Below are positions 26,236 to 40,276 of a stretch of 64,000 nucleotides of DNA, in pieces; position 1 is the first letter of the stretch, and each line of letters starts with the position of its first letter. The DNA comes from Octopus vulgaris. Lineage: Eukaryota. The translations under genes and the position numbers were made by a program. The stretch lies in assembly GCA_951406725.2 (NCBI GenBank), contig OX597818.1, forward strand, positions 44,454,001 to 44,518,000, read 5' to 3'. The notes below the pieces were generated by a model. That model worked only from the letters and a program-made list of their open reading frames with translations. It was not told the DNA's origin and searched no databases.

Positions 26236-27085
26236 TATGAGGAAAGCAGAAAATCGAGATCAAATTGATGAATAATTGATTTGTGCGCAAAGAAGCGTAA
26301 CAAGATAAATACACACATACACAGATATACATACCGCCCTCCTAGTCCCCTTAACGCCCCCCTTCTATCTGATAAACTCTATAATCCACTTTATTTTACT
26401 TTTGATGTTTACTGTAACAATTTAGTCATTTTCACTCACATATATAAAAAAAATATATAGAAATATATACATATATGTGTGTGCGTGAGTGTGTGTATAT
26501 ATATAAAAATATATAGTATAACATAGTTTATTGGGGTGTGTAATATTATAGATGAGATAGAGCCCACCCCTCTATGCATGTTGCATAATTTAATTTAACA
26601 TTGGTTATACATTCTTAACCCCTAGAGAAATACATACATAAACATTTAAATCACTTGATAAATCAATAATTGCTGCCTCTTAACCACAAATACTTAATAA
26701 CTGTCCCATTCCACATTATACACTCCTAACATGCACTGATATAAGAGACCGACATAAGGGCCCTTACAGCATATATCCATTGTTTACCTTTTCGCTCCAG
26801 CGATTAACAGTCTCTTGATGGCCAGCTTTTTGTTTTTGAAAATTAACTGACCAATAATATCCTCTTACTGTCCAGACCAGTCCTACTCCTGACCTGGCGT
26901 TGTTTCAGGTATACTACCTACTTACAATAATTAGTAAAATGCATATGAAATCAATAAATAATAAATTATAGTCAAATGTTATTATTTAGTTCTATAACTA
27001 CTGGTATTTCTAATTTTATTTCTTATTTTTTATTTTACATTTTGTCCTAATCAAATAGTTGACCTGCTCATATAGTTGTTATATA

Positions 27086-27477
27086 CTAGCAGTATCGCCC
27101 GGCGTTGCTCGGGTTTGTTTCGACCCTTTAGAATTGGAATTTTTGAAAAGTAAAAATTTTGCTTTATGTAGCTTGTTATTCTCTTTAAGTGAACATTTTT
27201 CTGGTTGAAATACACGGAAAAATGGCGACACAGCAGTAAAAAAAAATCGGAAAAAATAGGGATTTTCATAGAAAAAAAGCACCTTTTTGATGTAAATAAT
27301 TTTTGGTGTTAACATGACCCGATTTGAATTTTTTCTTCTAGGGAAGGAAGAGCAAGCCTTCTTCTATAATACTCTCAATTTTGGTCAACTTGCACCGCAG
27401 GGTCTCGGAGGAGATAATGTTAGTTGAAGGCTACCAAACCTGCCATACACAGACAACTTCAGCTTTATATATATAGA
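27086..27477 (-). mobile_element. Non-autonomous Helitron (copy 2)
   Basis: Minus strand A|TCTATATATATAAAGCTG...CCCGAGCAACGCCGGGCGATACTGCTAG|T. Confidence 0.85.
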
Positions 27478-27660
27478 TTTAACCCATGCATTTCCCCCAT
27501 ATTTAGGAATATACCACCAAAATATTATAACTATCCCAACTCTATTTCTAAATTCTAGTTGGTCAAAAGTTTCCCAGTGGGTCAGCATGTAGCATGAATT
27601 GATTACCACTGTTCCCACTTTCTCCTTCTTCTTCTTTTTACTTTTATTTTATTTACTTTT

Positions 27661-27713
27661 CTGCTCTGATGAAGTTCCATGATTCATATTGGTATAATTA
27701 ATTACTTACAATG

Positions 27714-27778
<65 letters not shown>

Positions 27779-27830
27779 CATTGTGGTGGTTAAGCCCAAG
27801 AATCATGCTAACGGGAACAGCTGTAAGTTG
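27661..27830 (+). ncRNA. Degenerate hammerhead-like motif with (ATT)n inside helix II
   Basis: CUGAUGA-A-GUUCCAUGAUUC...GAAUCAUGCUAAC-GGGAAC-AGCU-GUA. Confidence 0.4.
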
Positions 27831-28069
27831 AGATTCTGTCATTTTGCAATTAATTACTAAATGATAATTATTGGAAATCAATTGTTATTCATCAATTTGA
27901 TTTCCTTTTTCTGGTTTCCTTGAGTATTGATAAACCTTAGTTTATTCTTGTCCTCACCTATCATTTATGAGCATTAATACCAATGCTCATGATTAAATAT
28001 ATGTGAATTCATTGGATACAAGTATCCCTTAGATGGTTGTTATAACCTCTAACTTAACTCATATATGTG

Positions 28070-28111
<42 letters not shown>

Positions 28112-28324
28112 TGTGTGTGTGTGTATATATATATATATATGATTGACTGCTAAATCCATAAGTTTTTTATTCTCTCTGTTTATTTCCTTGAGTTCATTTC
28201 TGTTGAAGAGCATAGGCTCAAAGCATAAAACACTTTCTCACCTTTCCAAGCATCAAACTAATACTCCTGCTTGTTGTTTATACACCTGTCTTCATCTTTA
28301 ATTTTTCTGTAAATTTCAACTATG

Positions 28325-28381
<57 letters not shown>

Positions 28382-28756
28382 ATATATATATATACACACA
28401 CACACACATACATACATACATACATATATATACACACATGATGATAATGATGTACATATATGTATGTGTGTATGTACATATGTGTGTTGATGTATGTGGA
28501 TGTTGATACTTTGACTGTCATGATTTGATCACAATCAGTAGTGATTTTTATATTTTATTATTGAGGTTATCAAATGAAAAACCCCATACTTGAAAAACAG
28601 GTGGGAGTTGGCAAGAAGGAGACCATCTGGCCATAAATTACTATTTCTAAATCAGTTCCCTTCCAAAGCTTAGTAGCATAGAAAATCAGACAATAAATGA
28701 AAGAGAAAATGTATGAGATATATATATATATATATATACAAATGTACAAACAGAAA

Positions 28757-28950
28757 GGATTTATTCATAATTTTCCTATAAAATGCAGTTTTCATCCTGG
28801 TTATAAACAAACCTTCCTCAGGGTTTAAACTTCTCTAAATAAACATCTGTTGGTAACACACAGATTGAGAAAATAAAACGGTCTATGAAGACACCTGTTG
28901 GCAATAACTGAAATAAAACTGCATTTTGCAAGAAAATTATGAATACATCC
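28757..28950. repeat. Degenerate fold-back element
   Basis: GGATTTATTCATAATTTTCCTATAAAATGCAGTTTT pairs with AAAACTGCATTTTGCAAGAAAATTATGAATACATCC. Confidence 0.65.
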
Positions 28951-30328
28951 AATAGAAAGCATTCTTTTGAATTCTAATTCCTAGATTAATGATTAGGCTT
29001 TTCTAAATTACACACACATGAACACACAATATATATTTCAGTTTTGTCAAAAATCGTCAAAATATTTTTTACGTATTTTCTCAACATGATAAAGCTTTTA
29101 TTAACACCTACTACCTATTCTGAAAATTTATTCACAGCTCAGGTCTACTCTAGAGTTTATTCCATTTGTTTTCATTCTGATGTTGACAAGATAAATGCCA
29201 ACACTTGCTGATTCAATTGTCTTTTTGTAAAACCAGAATTACCAAGTTCCTAATGATAAGAATTTTCTGTTTTATCTCAGTCTGTGTTTGGTTCATAGAA
29301 CTGGAGTTTATCAATGATTCCGATAGGAATTTTATTAGAGCTGTATCATTCAAACACTGTTCTAGTTAGATTCAAGCTGAATAACCTGAGACCTCTACAT
29401 GAAATATAGCATGAGTTGATAATTTCAACTAGAGATATACCATAATTATGTAGACACGTTTGATAATGATTTTATTGATCTTAGAAGGATGAAATGCTAA
29501 ACTAACTTATGGAACTATATCAGTTCCAAGTGCTACTGATGGTAACACGACTATCTTGCTGTCAATATAGAACATGTACAAATATCTTGTTATTAGCATT
29601 ATAAAACACATGCAACTATATTGCTGATATTAATGTTACATGTATGCAGCTATCTAGGCATTTCTACGGGTATGAAGTAGACAGCTGAAAGAGTATTTCA
29701 AATTAATTAATAGTGGGTTGACATTGCTACATCAATTAACATTCATAAACTGCAGTACTTTCCCTCAGCCATATTATAGAGGATGAGATCAGGAGAGCAG
29801 AAAATAGATATTAAGCGATCAACGAAGATCTGTGTTCAGCTTTTCATTACTAATAATCTTTGCTAGAATAGAGACAAATGTTTGAGTATATAAAAAGAAA
29901 AACAATTCAATGGTTCCTATTTTTCATTTGTTAGAAAAATGAGTTAGTCAGTGCTATTGATAAAACTTGTAGGTCTTGTCAGGCTAATTAGATAGATATG
30001 AACAATATTTTGTTTGAACTTCTGGCGAATTTCTGATGCGCTAGAAATACATAATTAGAAAGATGGTTGCTGCTCTGTGAAGCTATGAATGGGTGAGGTG
30101 TTTAACTGATGAACGAGATACAGTAAGGATGATGAGAGAATGTTGGGTGGAATTGGTGATGGTATACACAAAGAGAAGTCATTGTTGTAGCAGTCAAAGA
30201 ACCAGAAGAACCAGAACAGCACATTTTGGGCAGTAATAGTAGAACATTGATGAGTAAGCAAGATTGTGCAAAGATGGTAATAGTCCCAGGTCAGATATGA
30301 AATGTAGGCCACATTTTGAACTGCTTTT

Positions 30329-30536
30329 TAATAATATTGAAATTATTGTATACAGTGCTCAGGTGCACCACAACTTGTCAAAAGTGCGTATAAAGCATAT
30401 GCAGTAATGTACAAATGTCTGGAAAGTGAACAGTGTATGAGTCAGATACATGCTTGCGTGTGTATGGAGGGGAGAAAATCAGGTGTAGTGTTGGTGAATC
30501 TCAAGAAGCATGGAAGTTTTGAAGGATGCAGTGCTC
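30329..30536 (-). mobile_element. CR1-type LINE 3' end (same family as 13190-13770)
   Basis: Reverse complement of about 13562-13770. Confidence 0.8.
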
Positions 30537-31359
30537 CTTAAGTATTTAGTGATTAGTGTTAAATGATTTATGTGTGAGTTACAGCTGCATGTAATACACA
30601 TGATGTACTTGAAAGTACAAGAACAAAATAAAATAAACTATTAATAAAAATTGTAATTCTTTATCAAAGTGTTCTTCTTTACCATTAGCATGGAAGAGTA
30701 GGGCTATCGAAATCACAACCCCAACTACTCCCTACACTCTGTCTTGGCTTGTAAGGGAATCTTTATTAATTAGTTGTAAAACATTCTTCTGGATATTGTC
30801 AAGTATTTCAAATGCATACAAACCTCACCAATCCATGTTTGTGTTCTAATGTTGATCACATATGAGCTTTGTAAAGAAATAGAAAGTGATCAGATTTGAA
30901 GAATTTTGGAGGATCATGAAAGAAAACCTAGTCTTTCTGGTGTGTTTTTGGTAATGTTATCTCGATTAAATCTTGGGAGTTTAATAAATTATTTCTGTAT
31001 AAGCAGATTACATACAGTGTTGGCTAAAAACTACAGATATACTCTGTAGTTCATAAAAGCATTGAAATAAAATGTTATTCATACAATGTTAATTTATTTA
31101 TTGAATTACTGGCTAAGAAATCATGATAATTTGCAAATTTGTTTATCAGTTTTACTTCAACACAAGACTGAAACTAATCCAATTTCTCCTTGTTTTTCTG
31201 TTCACAAACCTGTTGTATATGAAGATGAGATATCTACATCAACCTTTTACATACAATATTAGCTGAAATCTATAGAGTTAATCTGCACTACATAATAGCA
31301 TTGTAACATCTAAATTACCTGGATATAATTATACTTGGCTACTGTTCATTTCAGAACAA

Positions 31360-31570
31360 AACAATCCTTTCTACTAAAGGCACAAGGCCTGAAATTTTGG
31401 GGATTAGTCAGTTAAATCAACCCAAGTGTTTCACTGGTACTTAGTTTATTGATCCCCCCCCCCCAAAGAATGAAAGGCAAAGTTGACCTCAGCAGAATTT
31501 GAACTCAGAACATGAATGAAATGCTGCTTGGCATTTCACCTGGCATGCTAATGATTCTGTCAGCTTACCA
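31360..31570 (-). mobile_element. SINE family B (degenerate)
   Basis: AAAGGCAAAGTTGACCTCAGCAGAATTTGAACTCAG. Confidence 0.65.
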
Positions 31571-31581
31571 TCTTTGAGCAA

Positions 31582-31640
<59 letters not shown>

Positions 31641-31679
31641 TAATAATAATGATAATAATAATGATGATAATAGTATGAG

Positions 31680-32160
31680 CAAACTCCAGAAGGAGTCACT
31701 GGAAATGAGAATTGCAAAATCCTGTGGGTTGCAATGATCCAGTGTGATCACCTGACCAGACATTGGAAACTGGACATTGTTGTGGTGAATAAAAAAGAAA
31801 GAACATGTATGAAAATTAACATAGCATGCCCCAGTAACAACAGAAAAATAAACAACTCTGACGATTTGAAGTGGGAAATACAAAGGTTGCAGTCAATGAA
31901 GAGAGTAGACATAATACCAATAGTAATTGGTGCTCTTGGAAGTATCAGCACTCAACTACCAGCATGGCTGAAAGAGATTGGTGCAAGTGTGAAGGTAGAA
32001 CACCTACAAAAATCAACATTGCCTGGAACTGCTAGAATTCTTCTCAGGGTTCTTGAAGCATGACCAGTAAAGAAGTGTCACCTTAGTCTGCTGGCTGTGG
32101 ACAGCTGACATTGATACCCAGCAAAATAAGCTGTGAATTTTCATATAACAACAACAACAA
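31680..32160 (+). mobile_element. 5'-truncated non-LTR retrotransposon with restriction-like endonuclease (R4/Dong-like)
   Basis: MIQCDHLTRHWKLDIVVVNKKERTCMKINIACP...IIPIVIGALG...LQKSTLPGTARILLRVLEA resembles the R4/Dong RLE C-terminus; preceded by (AAT)n. Confidence 0.75.
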
Positions 32161-33413
32161 TAATGATTTCAAATTTTGGCTCAAAGCTAACAGTTCTGAG
32201 GGGAGTGGCATCAACCTGCAATGCTTGACTGGTACCTTATTTTCTCAACCCTGAAGGGATGAAAGGCAAAGTTGACCTTGGTAGAATTTGAACTTAGACT
32301 GTAATACTGGTAGGTATTTTGTTTGATGGTCTAACTATTCTGTCATTGGTCACCTTTTTGAGCAACAAAATGATAATAATTTAAAACTAAACTGATTTAG
32401 AGAAAATGCTTATTAAATAAAATCTTTTCTTGGATGGAAATATCAATATTATTAAAGAGGATTCCAGTCTGTATTTGAATGGTTTAATTCCATTTTCAAA
32501 TCTGATAGCATAACCATAATAATAGCAGATAATAATACTTCAACAGAAACTCAGTAAAATTTGATATCAGTGTGCATTTTTAAATTAACTTAGTAATATC
32601 ATTTCAGATCACGTTTTAGAATACATAAACCAGTTATATTTAAATCACTGGGGTGACAGCAAGAAAGATTGAAAAGAAAAAATCTAGAAGAATAGATTAT
32701 GAAAGTAATGTATGGCTTATTTTATAAGCATGATATAAATGAAAAAGTATGAGGAGAAAGTAGAAGAAAAGAACAAGAGAAAGACAAGGAGAAGCTATTA
32801 AAGCTTGAACAATCTGTAACAACACAAAGATCAAAGTAAAGATTATTGTCCACTCATAAAAGTATACATCATCATTATCTTGATGTTAATGATGACATGT
32901 CCATCATGTATTCATTCCTATCTGCTTATTGAGTCTTTGGAAGTCTGACAGAAGCAAATATTTTTCTGGACAGCATCAACAGATACTGACATCAATAAAT
33001 AAAGACACAAAGCACACCACCTACTTTATAGATTGCTAGTTAGAGCTTCAATCCAAAAATTCAAAAATACTTTCAAAATATAATGGCATTATTTCTCTTT
33101 AATATATTGAAATCATAAAGATATCAAAAGATGTTTTCATGATGAAAGTGTCCAATGCTTTTGTTGTTAGCATAAGAAACAATAACTGATCTTAGTGATT
33201 GTTACAAAGACAATAGTATTATATAGCTTTGCATGTTGTTATTATAGCTTTTGTCCAACATGCTGAATAGAGAAGTAATTTCTAAATTTCTGAAAGTCAA
33301 AAGACTGAATACAGTTATTACTTTTAAATAAACGGTGAAAAAAAAGCAACCTCGAAATAAAAACAAGACATATTTAGTTATAAGTGAATTTTGGAGTAAT
33401 TTATCAACACAAC

Positions 33414-33828
33414 TTATTTCTTTACTGCCCACAAAGGGCTACACACAGAGGGGACAAACAAGGACAGACAAACGGATTAAGTCAATTACATCGACCCCAG
33501 TGCGTAACTGGTACTTATTTAATTGACCTCAAAAGGATGAAAGGCAAAGTTGACCTTGGCGGAATTTGAACTCAGAACATAGCGGCAGACGAAATACCGA
33601 TTTCTTTACTATCCACAAGGGGATAAACACAGAAGGGACAAACAAGGACAGACAAACGGATTAAGGTGATTATATCAACCCCAGTGTGTAATTGGTACTT
33701 ATTTAATTGACCCCGAAAGGCTGAAAGGCAAAGTCGACCTTGGCGGAATTTGAACTCAGAACATAGCATCAGACGAAATACTGCTAAGAATTTCGCCCGG
33801 CGTGCTAACGTTTCTGCCAGCTCGCCAC
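33414..33828 (-). mobile_element. SINE family B, tandem dimer
   Basis: Two consecutive copies; the distal one carries the tRNA-like head GGCGAGCTGGCAGAAACGTTAGCACGCCGGGCG. Confidence 0.85.
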
Positions 33829-34758
33829 ACAACTATAACCATTAATAGAGTAATAGGAATTCATGAGGACTAATATGGGTTCTATTAGCTTCTCAGACAT
33901 TTCAAACATACACTGCATTTGTTCTCTTTATGAATGTCTTTCATTTTTCTGTTAGCACAACTTGGCAGGTATTAAAAACCTTATGCTTTCAAGTTAAAAT
34001 GTACAGGTATGAAACCATACCAATATGGTAAATGGTGAATTACTTTTCAAAGGTGAAATATGTTATTTTTTTTAAAATTAAGCAATTGGAAAAATGGAAA
34101 AATGGAAAAAATTACTTAACCTTTTGTGATCAGAGGTGACAAGCCCTTTTGAAATGAGAGAGGGAGGGAATGAGAAAAATGATGTTCATGTTTTATAAAA
34201 GAGTATTGTATAAGTGAAGCTAACTTAGCTTACTGGGAGCTTATTATCTCTACTATGACACTCATCGACTTAAGCAGGTAATATGGAGGATGGTGTATAC
34301 CAGGGTTCAGTTCTTAGCTTGCTTCTCTTTACTGTAGTGCTCTAGGTCATAACAGAAAACTCTAAGGAAATTCCAAACCTAGAATCAAGAGCATCAAACT
34401 AAATTGAGCAAGGACTAAAGTATTAATTAGTAGGAAGACAGGGTCTTACAATGAATAAGTAAAAAAGACAGGACCTTACTGCTCTGAAAGAACTGCTCAA
34501 TATGCAGAAAAGGAGTAGATAAGAATTCCATACAATGGATCTAGTACAAAATGTGAGTGCCCAAGAAGTGTAAAAGGATCACAGATATGCTGGCAGGAAA
34601 GGGAGTCTTCACATTTAGTAGATACACAGAAGTAGTTAGTAGTAAATGTAGACACGAAATAAATTCTTTTATATGTTTAAAAGACTCTCAAGAAGTAGTT
34701 GATAGCTTTCATTATCTAATTATCAGTAGACATGTGTGTTCCAAAAACATAGTTGTCA

Positions 34759-35160
34759 GAGGTGCAGGAGTAGCTGTGTGGAAAGTAGCTTGCTTATGAA
34801 CCACATAGTTCCGGGTTCAGTCCCACTGCGTGGCACCTTGGACAAGTGTCTTCTACTATAGCCTTGGGTTGACCACAGCCTTGTGAATGGATTTGGTAGA
34901 TGGAAACTGAAAGAAGCTCATCGTATATTTGTATGTGTGTGTGTATATGATTGTGTGTCTGTGTTTGTCCCCCAACATTGCTTGACGACCAATGCTGGAG
35001 TGTTTACGTCCCTGTAACTTAGCGGTTCGGCAAAAGAGACTAATAAAATAAGTTCTAGGCTTACAAAGAATAAGTCCTGGGGTTGATTTGCTCAATTAAA
35101 GGCGGTGCTCCAGCATGGCCACAGTCAAATGACTGAAACAAGTAAGTAAAAGTAAAGTAA
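34759..35160 (+). mobile_element. SINE family A
   Basis: Homology to other copies. Confidence 0.85.
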
Positions 35161-35753
35161 GAATGTATGGAAAAAAATTCAGTGAACTATTATCACTGGC
35201 GGAAAAAGATGTGTTCTCTTTGAGTGAAGAGGACATTGTATTATTTTGATACAAATCATACTCTTGCATAGAAATGAGACATGAGTCTTGAATATAAGGA
35301 TGTCTAGAAAGTATGCAAACAGCTAATGCCAATCCGACTCATAAAAGATATTGTATCAATAATATATAGAGAAATAGACCATTAACAATTTGGAATGGAA
35401 TAGATCAAAAGTACAATCAATATAATTCATAGGTTACCGATAATTAAGTCTGTTATATGCTATCAATTCACTGTGTTCATTGTCACCGAACAGTGATATA
35501 ATGTTAGGAACTATAGAGATTGGAATATATGTTTGACAGTTTGTTGGTTAAAAGATACGTAACTACTTGTGTAAAGGAAATTTATCAAATATCAAATTTT
35601 TTTATGGTTATTGAGGCTTGGCTAAGTTTAAAATTGTTTATTGTGGATTGTTAAATTAAATTAATTATTTTTCAGTTAAATATCTTAGCTTAGGACTCTA
35701 ATTATTATGTTTTATAGTAGCTCAAACACAAAAGAACCCCAAACTTTTTTGTG

Positions 35754-35965
35754 TCATCATCATCATCATCATCGTTTACCGTCCGCTTTCCATGCTAGCG
35801 TGGGTTGGACGGTTCGACTGGAGTCTGGGAAGCCAGGAGGCTGCACCAGGCCCAGTCTGATCTGGCAGTGTTTCTACAGCTGGTTCTTTTACATGCCACC
35901 GGCACTGGTATCACAACTACAATTTCCATTGATTTTTTTATCGATTTCACTTGCCTCAACAGGTC
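35754..35965 (-). mobile_element. Repeat family E (internally deleted)
   Basis: Homology to 54125-54712. Confidence 0.7.
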
Positions 35966-37703
35966 TAAAAACTAAATAAATAGAGCTCAGTAAAAAAAAA
36001 GTTGTTTCAATGTCTATTTTATGAGTTAAAAGGTTGACACTTCATCTCCATTCCCAAGTATTGCTCTGTGTCAAAAGCAAAAATTCTTTGCCTTTGATTA
36101 CCCAATCTGTCTATTAGTAAATAAAATCAAAAAAAATTGTTGAAAGTAATCAAGAACACTTGAAGAGCTGAATTGAAATATTACTATAGACAAATATGAT
36201 GTCTAGACAGAAGCAGATCTTATGAAATGCCATGAAAGCTGGAATAAACCTTAGTATGACCTTACCCAGAAAGTAATACACTGGTCAGTGGCAGACAACA
36301 TATACAAGAATTTGTACAATGCCATCAGCCATATGAAGCAGTTTGCTACCACATAATTCAGAAGCATCACCAGAAAGCTACACTTCATAGCACACATACC
36401 CTTCAACAAAAAATATGAAATAAAACATAACAAAATACAAAGACAACACCCAAAGATAATAACCACCGCATTTAACCAAAATACAGAAAGCATGACATTA
36501 GTTTACAAATAGCAGTTATTACAAATTTTTACGCGAAGCAATTATGGACTGTGCTTATCCTACTAAGACAAAAGAAACTATATGCCATGAACAGGTACAA
36601 ACTATTAACCTAGCCACTCCCACACAACACGCACACACGCACACATACATACACACACGTACAAACACATACATACAACAACTAAGCAGGTGGGGTAGTC
36701 ATTTTGAGCCAAAGAACTCCCTAGAATTACATGTTCAAACTTTTAAGACACAATTGGCAACACATCAGAGCATTACTAGAATACTAATCTATTTTCTTAT
36801 CTGATTTACAGAAACAAAAAATAGCCACCATGTCAATATTCACACACACACATTTATGGTTTAGCAATTTGTTTTAATTTTAGGCAATGTAAGATAACCA
36901 CTACAGGTAGCATCCAAGAGTCACCTGTTTTAGCACAGAAACTTCTAGTTTGGGAAGTAGGCCTAACATAGTACCCAATTTAACAATACAGCCTGGTCCT
37001 TGGTTACCTTCAGGATATATGTTCAACCCAGATATAAGCTCTGTCAATCACACCAGTCTAGAAAGGCCTGAAAACCTTATGAATATTGCTTCCATTCCCT
37101 TGTATAGTGTTTCTTTTCTGCCTCTTGTACTACAACAGTTTCTACACCCCTGTACTAGCAAGCTGTGTACCACTTCCACAAAAATATCTCACCCCATACA
37201 CCATCTTCTCCTCTTCTAACAATCTCTGCTCTTTACTTTATCCTCTACACTCACCGCTAAATGCTTTACTCAATATCATCTGAACTACAACCCTCTAGAC
37301 CATCTACATTTTAATATATTTTATTTAAAAATATTGTCAAGAAAAATTTAAGCTGAAGACCAACTGCAAAACCATGTTAGTCTGTGAGGGCCAAGAAGAG
37401 TTATGAGTAATGCTTCACCACCTTAAAATAGGTGTAAAAGAAAAAACCCTCAAAGTTATGCACCAATTGGATCTATCTTGTTCATATTTTCTGAAAGACC
37501 TTCTCTTGCTAGGTGATTTTCAATAGATTTCTCAGGCTGTTCATGTGGAAGCAGTTTAAATGAAACACTATGTAAATGTCATTAAATTCTGAGTTCAAAT
37601 AGACTGTTGTATAACAATTGACAAACTTACAATCATCCAAGTTGTTTCTAATTCTAAGCTTTACTAGAGAATGCCTTATCTTTTCTATTTCTAATTAGAC
37701 ATG

Positions 37704-38135
37704 GTCTATTGTGTCTGGGGAGAGTCATTCTCTTTTGGTGCCTTATAATTTAACACACTCACCGATAAAATTTCCACTTCTTTCTTTTTTTATTTTTCTA
37801 AAATTTTCGTTGCATCTTGCAACCTTTTCAATAGTTTTGACTCTGCCCGTTACTCATACTGTGTTCCTTTTTGTTTGTTTATGCTTGTTTATGCAAATTG
37901 TTTAAACAAATAAAAAGGAATACAGTGTGAGTAATAGACAGAGTCAAAACTATTGAAAAGGTTGCAAGATGCAACGAAAATTTTTGAATTATAAAAAAGA
38001 AATAAGTGGAAATTTTAGCGGTGAGTGTATTAAATTATAAGGCACCAAAAGAGAATGGCTCTCCCCAGACACAACAGAATATGCTTTAACACACGAACTC
38101 ACATAAAGAATCTTGCAAAACAAATCCAAAAATGA
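37704..38135. mobile_element. Palindromic non-autonomous element with an HHR-like motif in each arm and an 11-bp TSD
   Basis: Arms about 37709-37888 and 37903-38073; AATTAGACATG at 37693-37703 and 38136-38146. Confidence 0.8.
37798..37834 (-). ncRNA. Minimal hammerhead motif, U3-A8 core variant
   Basis: CUA-UUGAAAA-G-GUUGCA AGA UGCAAC-GAAA-AUUU/UAG; palindromic AAUU helix III. Confidence 0.55.
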
Positions 38136-38647
38136 AATTAGACATGTGATATACTGAAATGTTTCAAGATGTTCTAGGTAAGGCCAAGCAATGGAAATTC
38201 ATATCTAATCACCAAGTTTGTTTTTGAATTTTTGAACTACAGGTGTTGAGAATTAATACTTCACTTAAAAAGTGCCTAGCCTAAAACTATAAGTTCTACT
38301 GTTATGATGATTGCAACATCTAATTGAAATCCTAAAACAGTGATAAGGAACAGAGGCTTAGCCATATTAAAATCTACAGTCTCATCACTTAATAATCTAT
38401 GTTAAGTATTAAAATGTATTTAAATTCAATTTTAATGCATCAATTGAACTTACAGGGCCTGTCAATATGATAAAGGAATATTTTTTTAACACTGCTCTGG
38501 AAATCTATCTGGTTTATGCAAACAGATTATGATATATACAGTTTAAAGACAAAGATAATAAAATTAGTAATTACTAATGGTACAAACATTTTCATAGTCT
38601 GTGTATACATGTTAAGCAAAACGTTTATTGATAAAATTAATATGCAC

Positions 38648-38992
38648 AGGTACGGCAGTGTGGTTGAGAACTTGTTTCCCAATTATGTGGCCTTGAGTTC
38701 AGTTCCATTGTGTGGTACCTTGAGCATGTCTTCTATTATAGCCTCAGGCTGACCAAAGCCTTGTGAGTTCATTTGGTAAACAGAAACTGGAAGAAGCCTA
38801 TCATATACATACATACATAGGCATAGGAGTGGCTGTGTGGTAAGTAGCTTGCTTTTGAACCACATGGTTCCAGGTTCAGTCCCACCGCATGGCATCTTGG
38901 GCAAGTGTCTTCTACTATAGCCTCAGGCCAACCAAAGCCTTGTGAGTGGATTTGGTAGAGAGAAACTGAAAGAAGCCCGTTGTATATATGTA

Positions 38993-39047
<55 letters not shown>

Positions 39048-39255
39048 ATATGTTTGTGTGTCTGTGTTTGTCCCCCCAACATCGCTTGACAACCGATGCT
39101 GGTGTGTTTATGTCCCCGTAACTTAGCGGTTCAGCAAAAGAAGCTGATAAGATAAGTACTAGGCTTACAAAGAATAAGTCCTGGAGTTGATTTGCTCGAC
39201 TAAAGGTGGTGCTCCAGCATGGCCACAGACAAATGACTGAAGCAAGTAAAAGAAT
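38648..39255 (+). mobile_element. Family A 5' half followed by a full family A SINE
   Basis: Homology to other copies. Confidence 0.8.
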
Positions 39256-40240
39256 ACATACATACATACATACATACATACATACATAGACACACATACA
39301 TAGATGCAATTTTAGCATGTCCAGTGATTACATAAGAGGCTTCCATGTCTTATATTTTATAGCAAACCAATAAAATCAAACCTCACCATCAGACAGTTTC
39401 TAATCTTCTGTGAAAAACTTGTCAGACCGTGGAGCAATATTACCTTGTATAGAAGCTGAGTGGAAATCCTTTGTGTATATATATGTATGAGTGTATGCAT
39501 GTTTTTATGTTTGTCTCTCACTCCTGCTTGACAGTTGGTGTTGGTTTGTTTACACCCCTGTACCTAAGCAGTTTAGCAAAAGAAACTGATAGAATAAGAA
39601 CCAAACTTTAAAAAAATATGTACTGAGATCAGAACATATATCCTGAACATATATCCTGAAGGTAACCAAGGACCAGGCTGTAATGTTAAATTGGGTACTA
39701 TGTTAGGCATACTTCCCAATCTAGAAGTTTCAGTGCTAAAACAAGTGACTCTTGAATGCTACCAGAGTCACTGCATGGTTGCAGTCCAATGACTGAAACT
39801 AGTAAAAGATATCTACAATATCAAAATATCCAGTAATGATGTTTGCAGACATTGAAGTCTCACAATATTAGTTTTGTTTTTGTTTTTGAATAAGCAGTTT
39901 TATAGTTTAATGAAGTGAGATAATATTGCAGTAGAACGAAAATAAAGAAATTAGTAAGATAAATAATAAAGGGTGGTAAAGTGGGAGCAATAATAGTGCA
40001 TGAAATGAAACACTTTTCAGCAATTAAGTTTTGAGTTCAAGTATTGCCAGTGTCGATAAAAAAAAGATATTAGTCCAATACTGGGATCAGTTTAATCAAC
40101 CAGACCCTTTTTTCCCAAATTTGCAGTCCTTGTACATTCTACTGTTTCACTTTGATGTATTTTTGTATATGTGTGTTTGGTTACTCCTCTTTATACCACA
40201 AGGACTCAGAAATAGATAAGTACAATCAATTACATAATCT

Positions 40241-40276
<36 letters not shown>

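Noticed and set aside
28195-28240. CTGTTGAAGAGCATAGGCTCAAAGC hammerhead-like relic
   Set aside because: Both core segments deviate (CUGUUGA, AAAG); too degenerate to call without a consensus.
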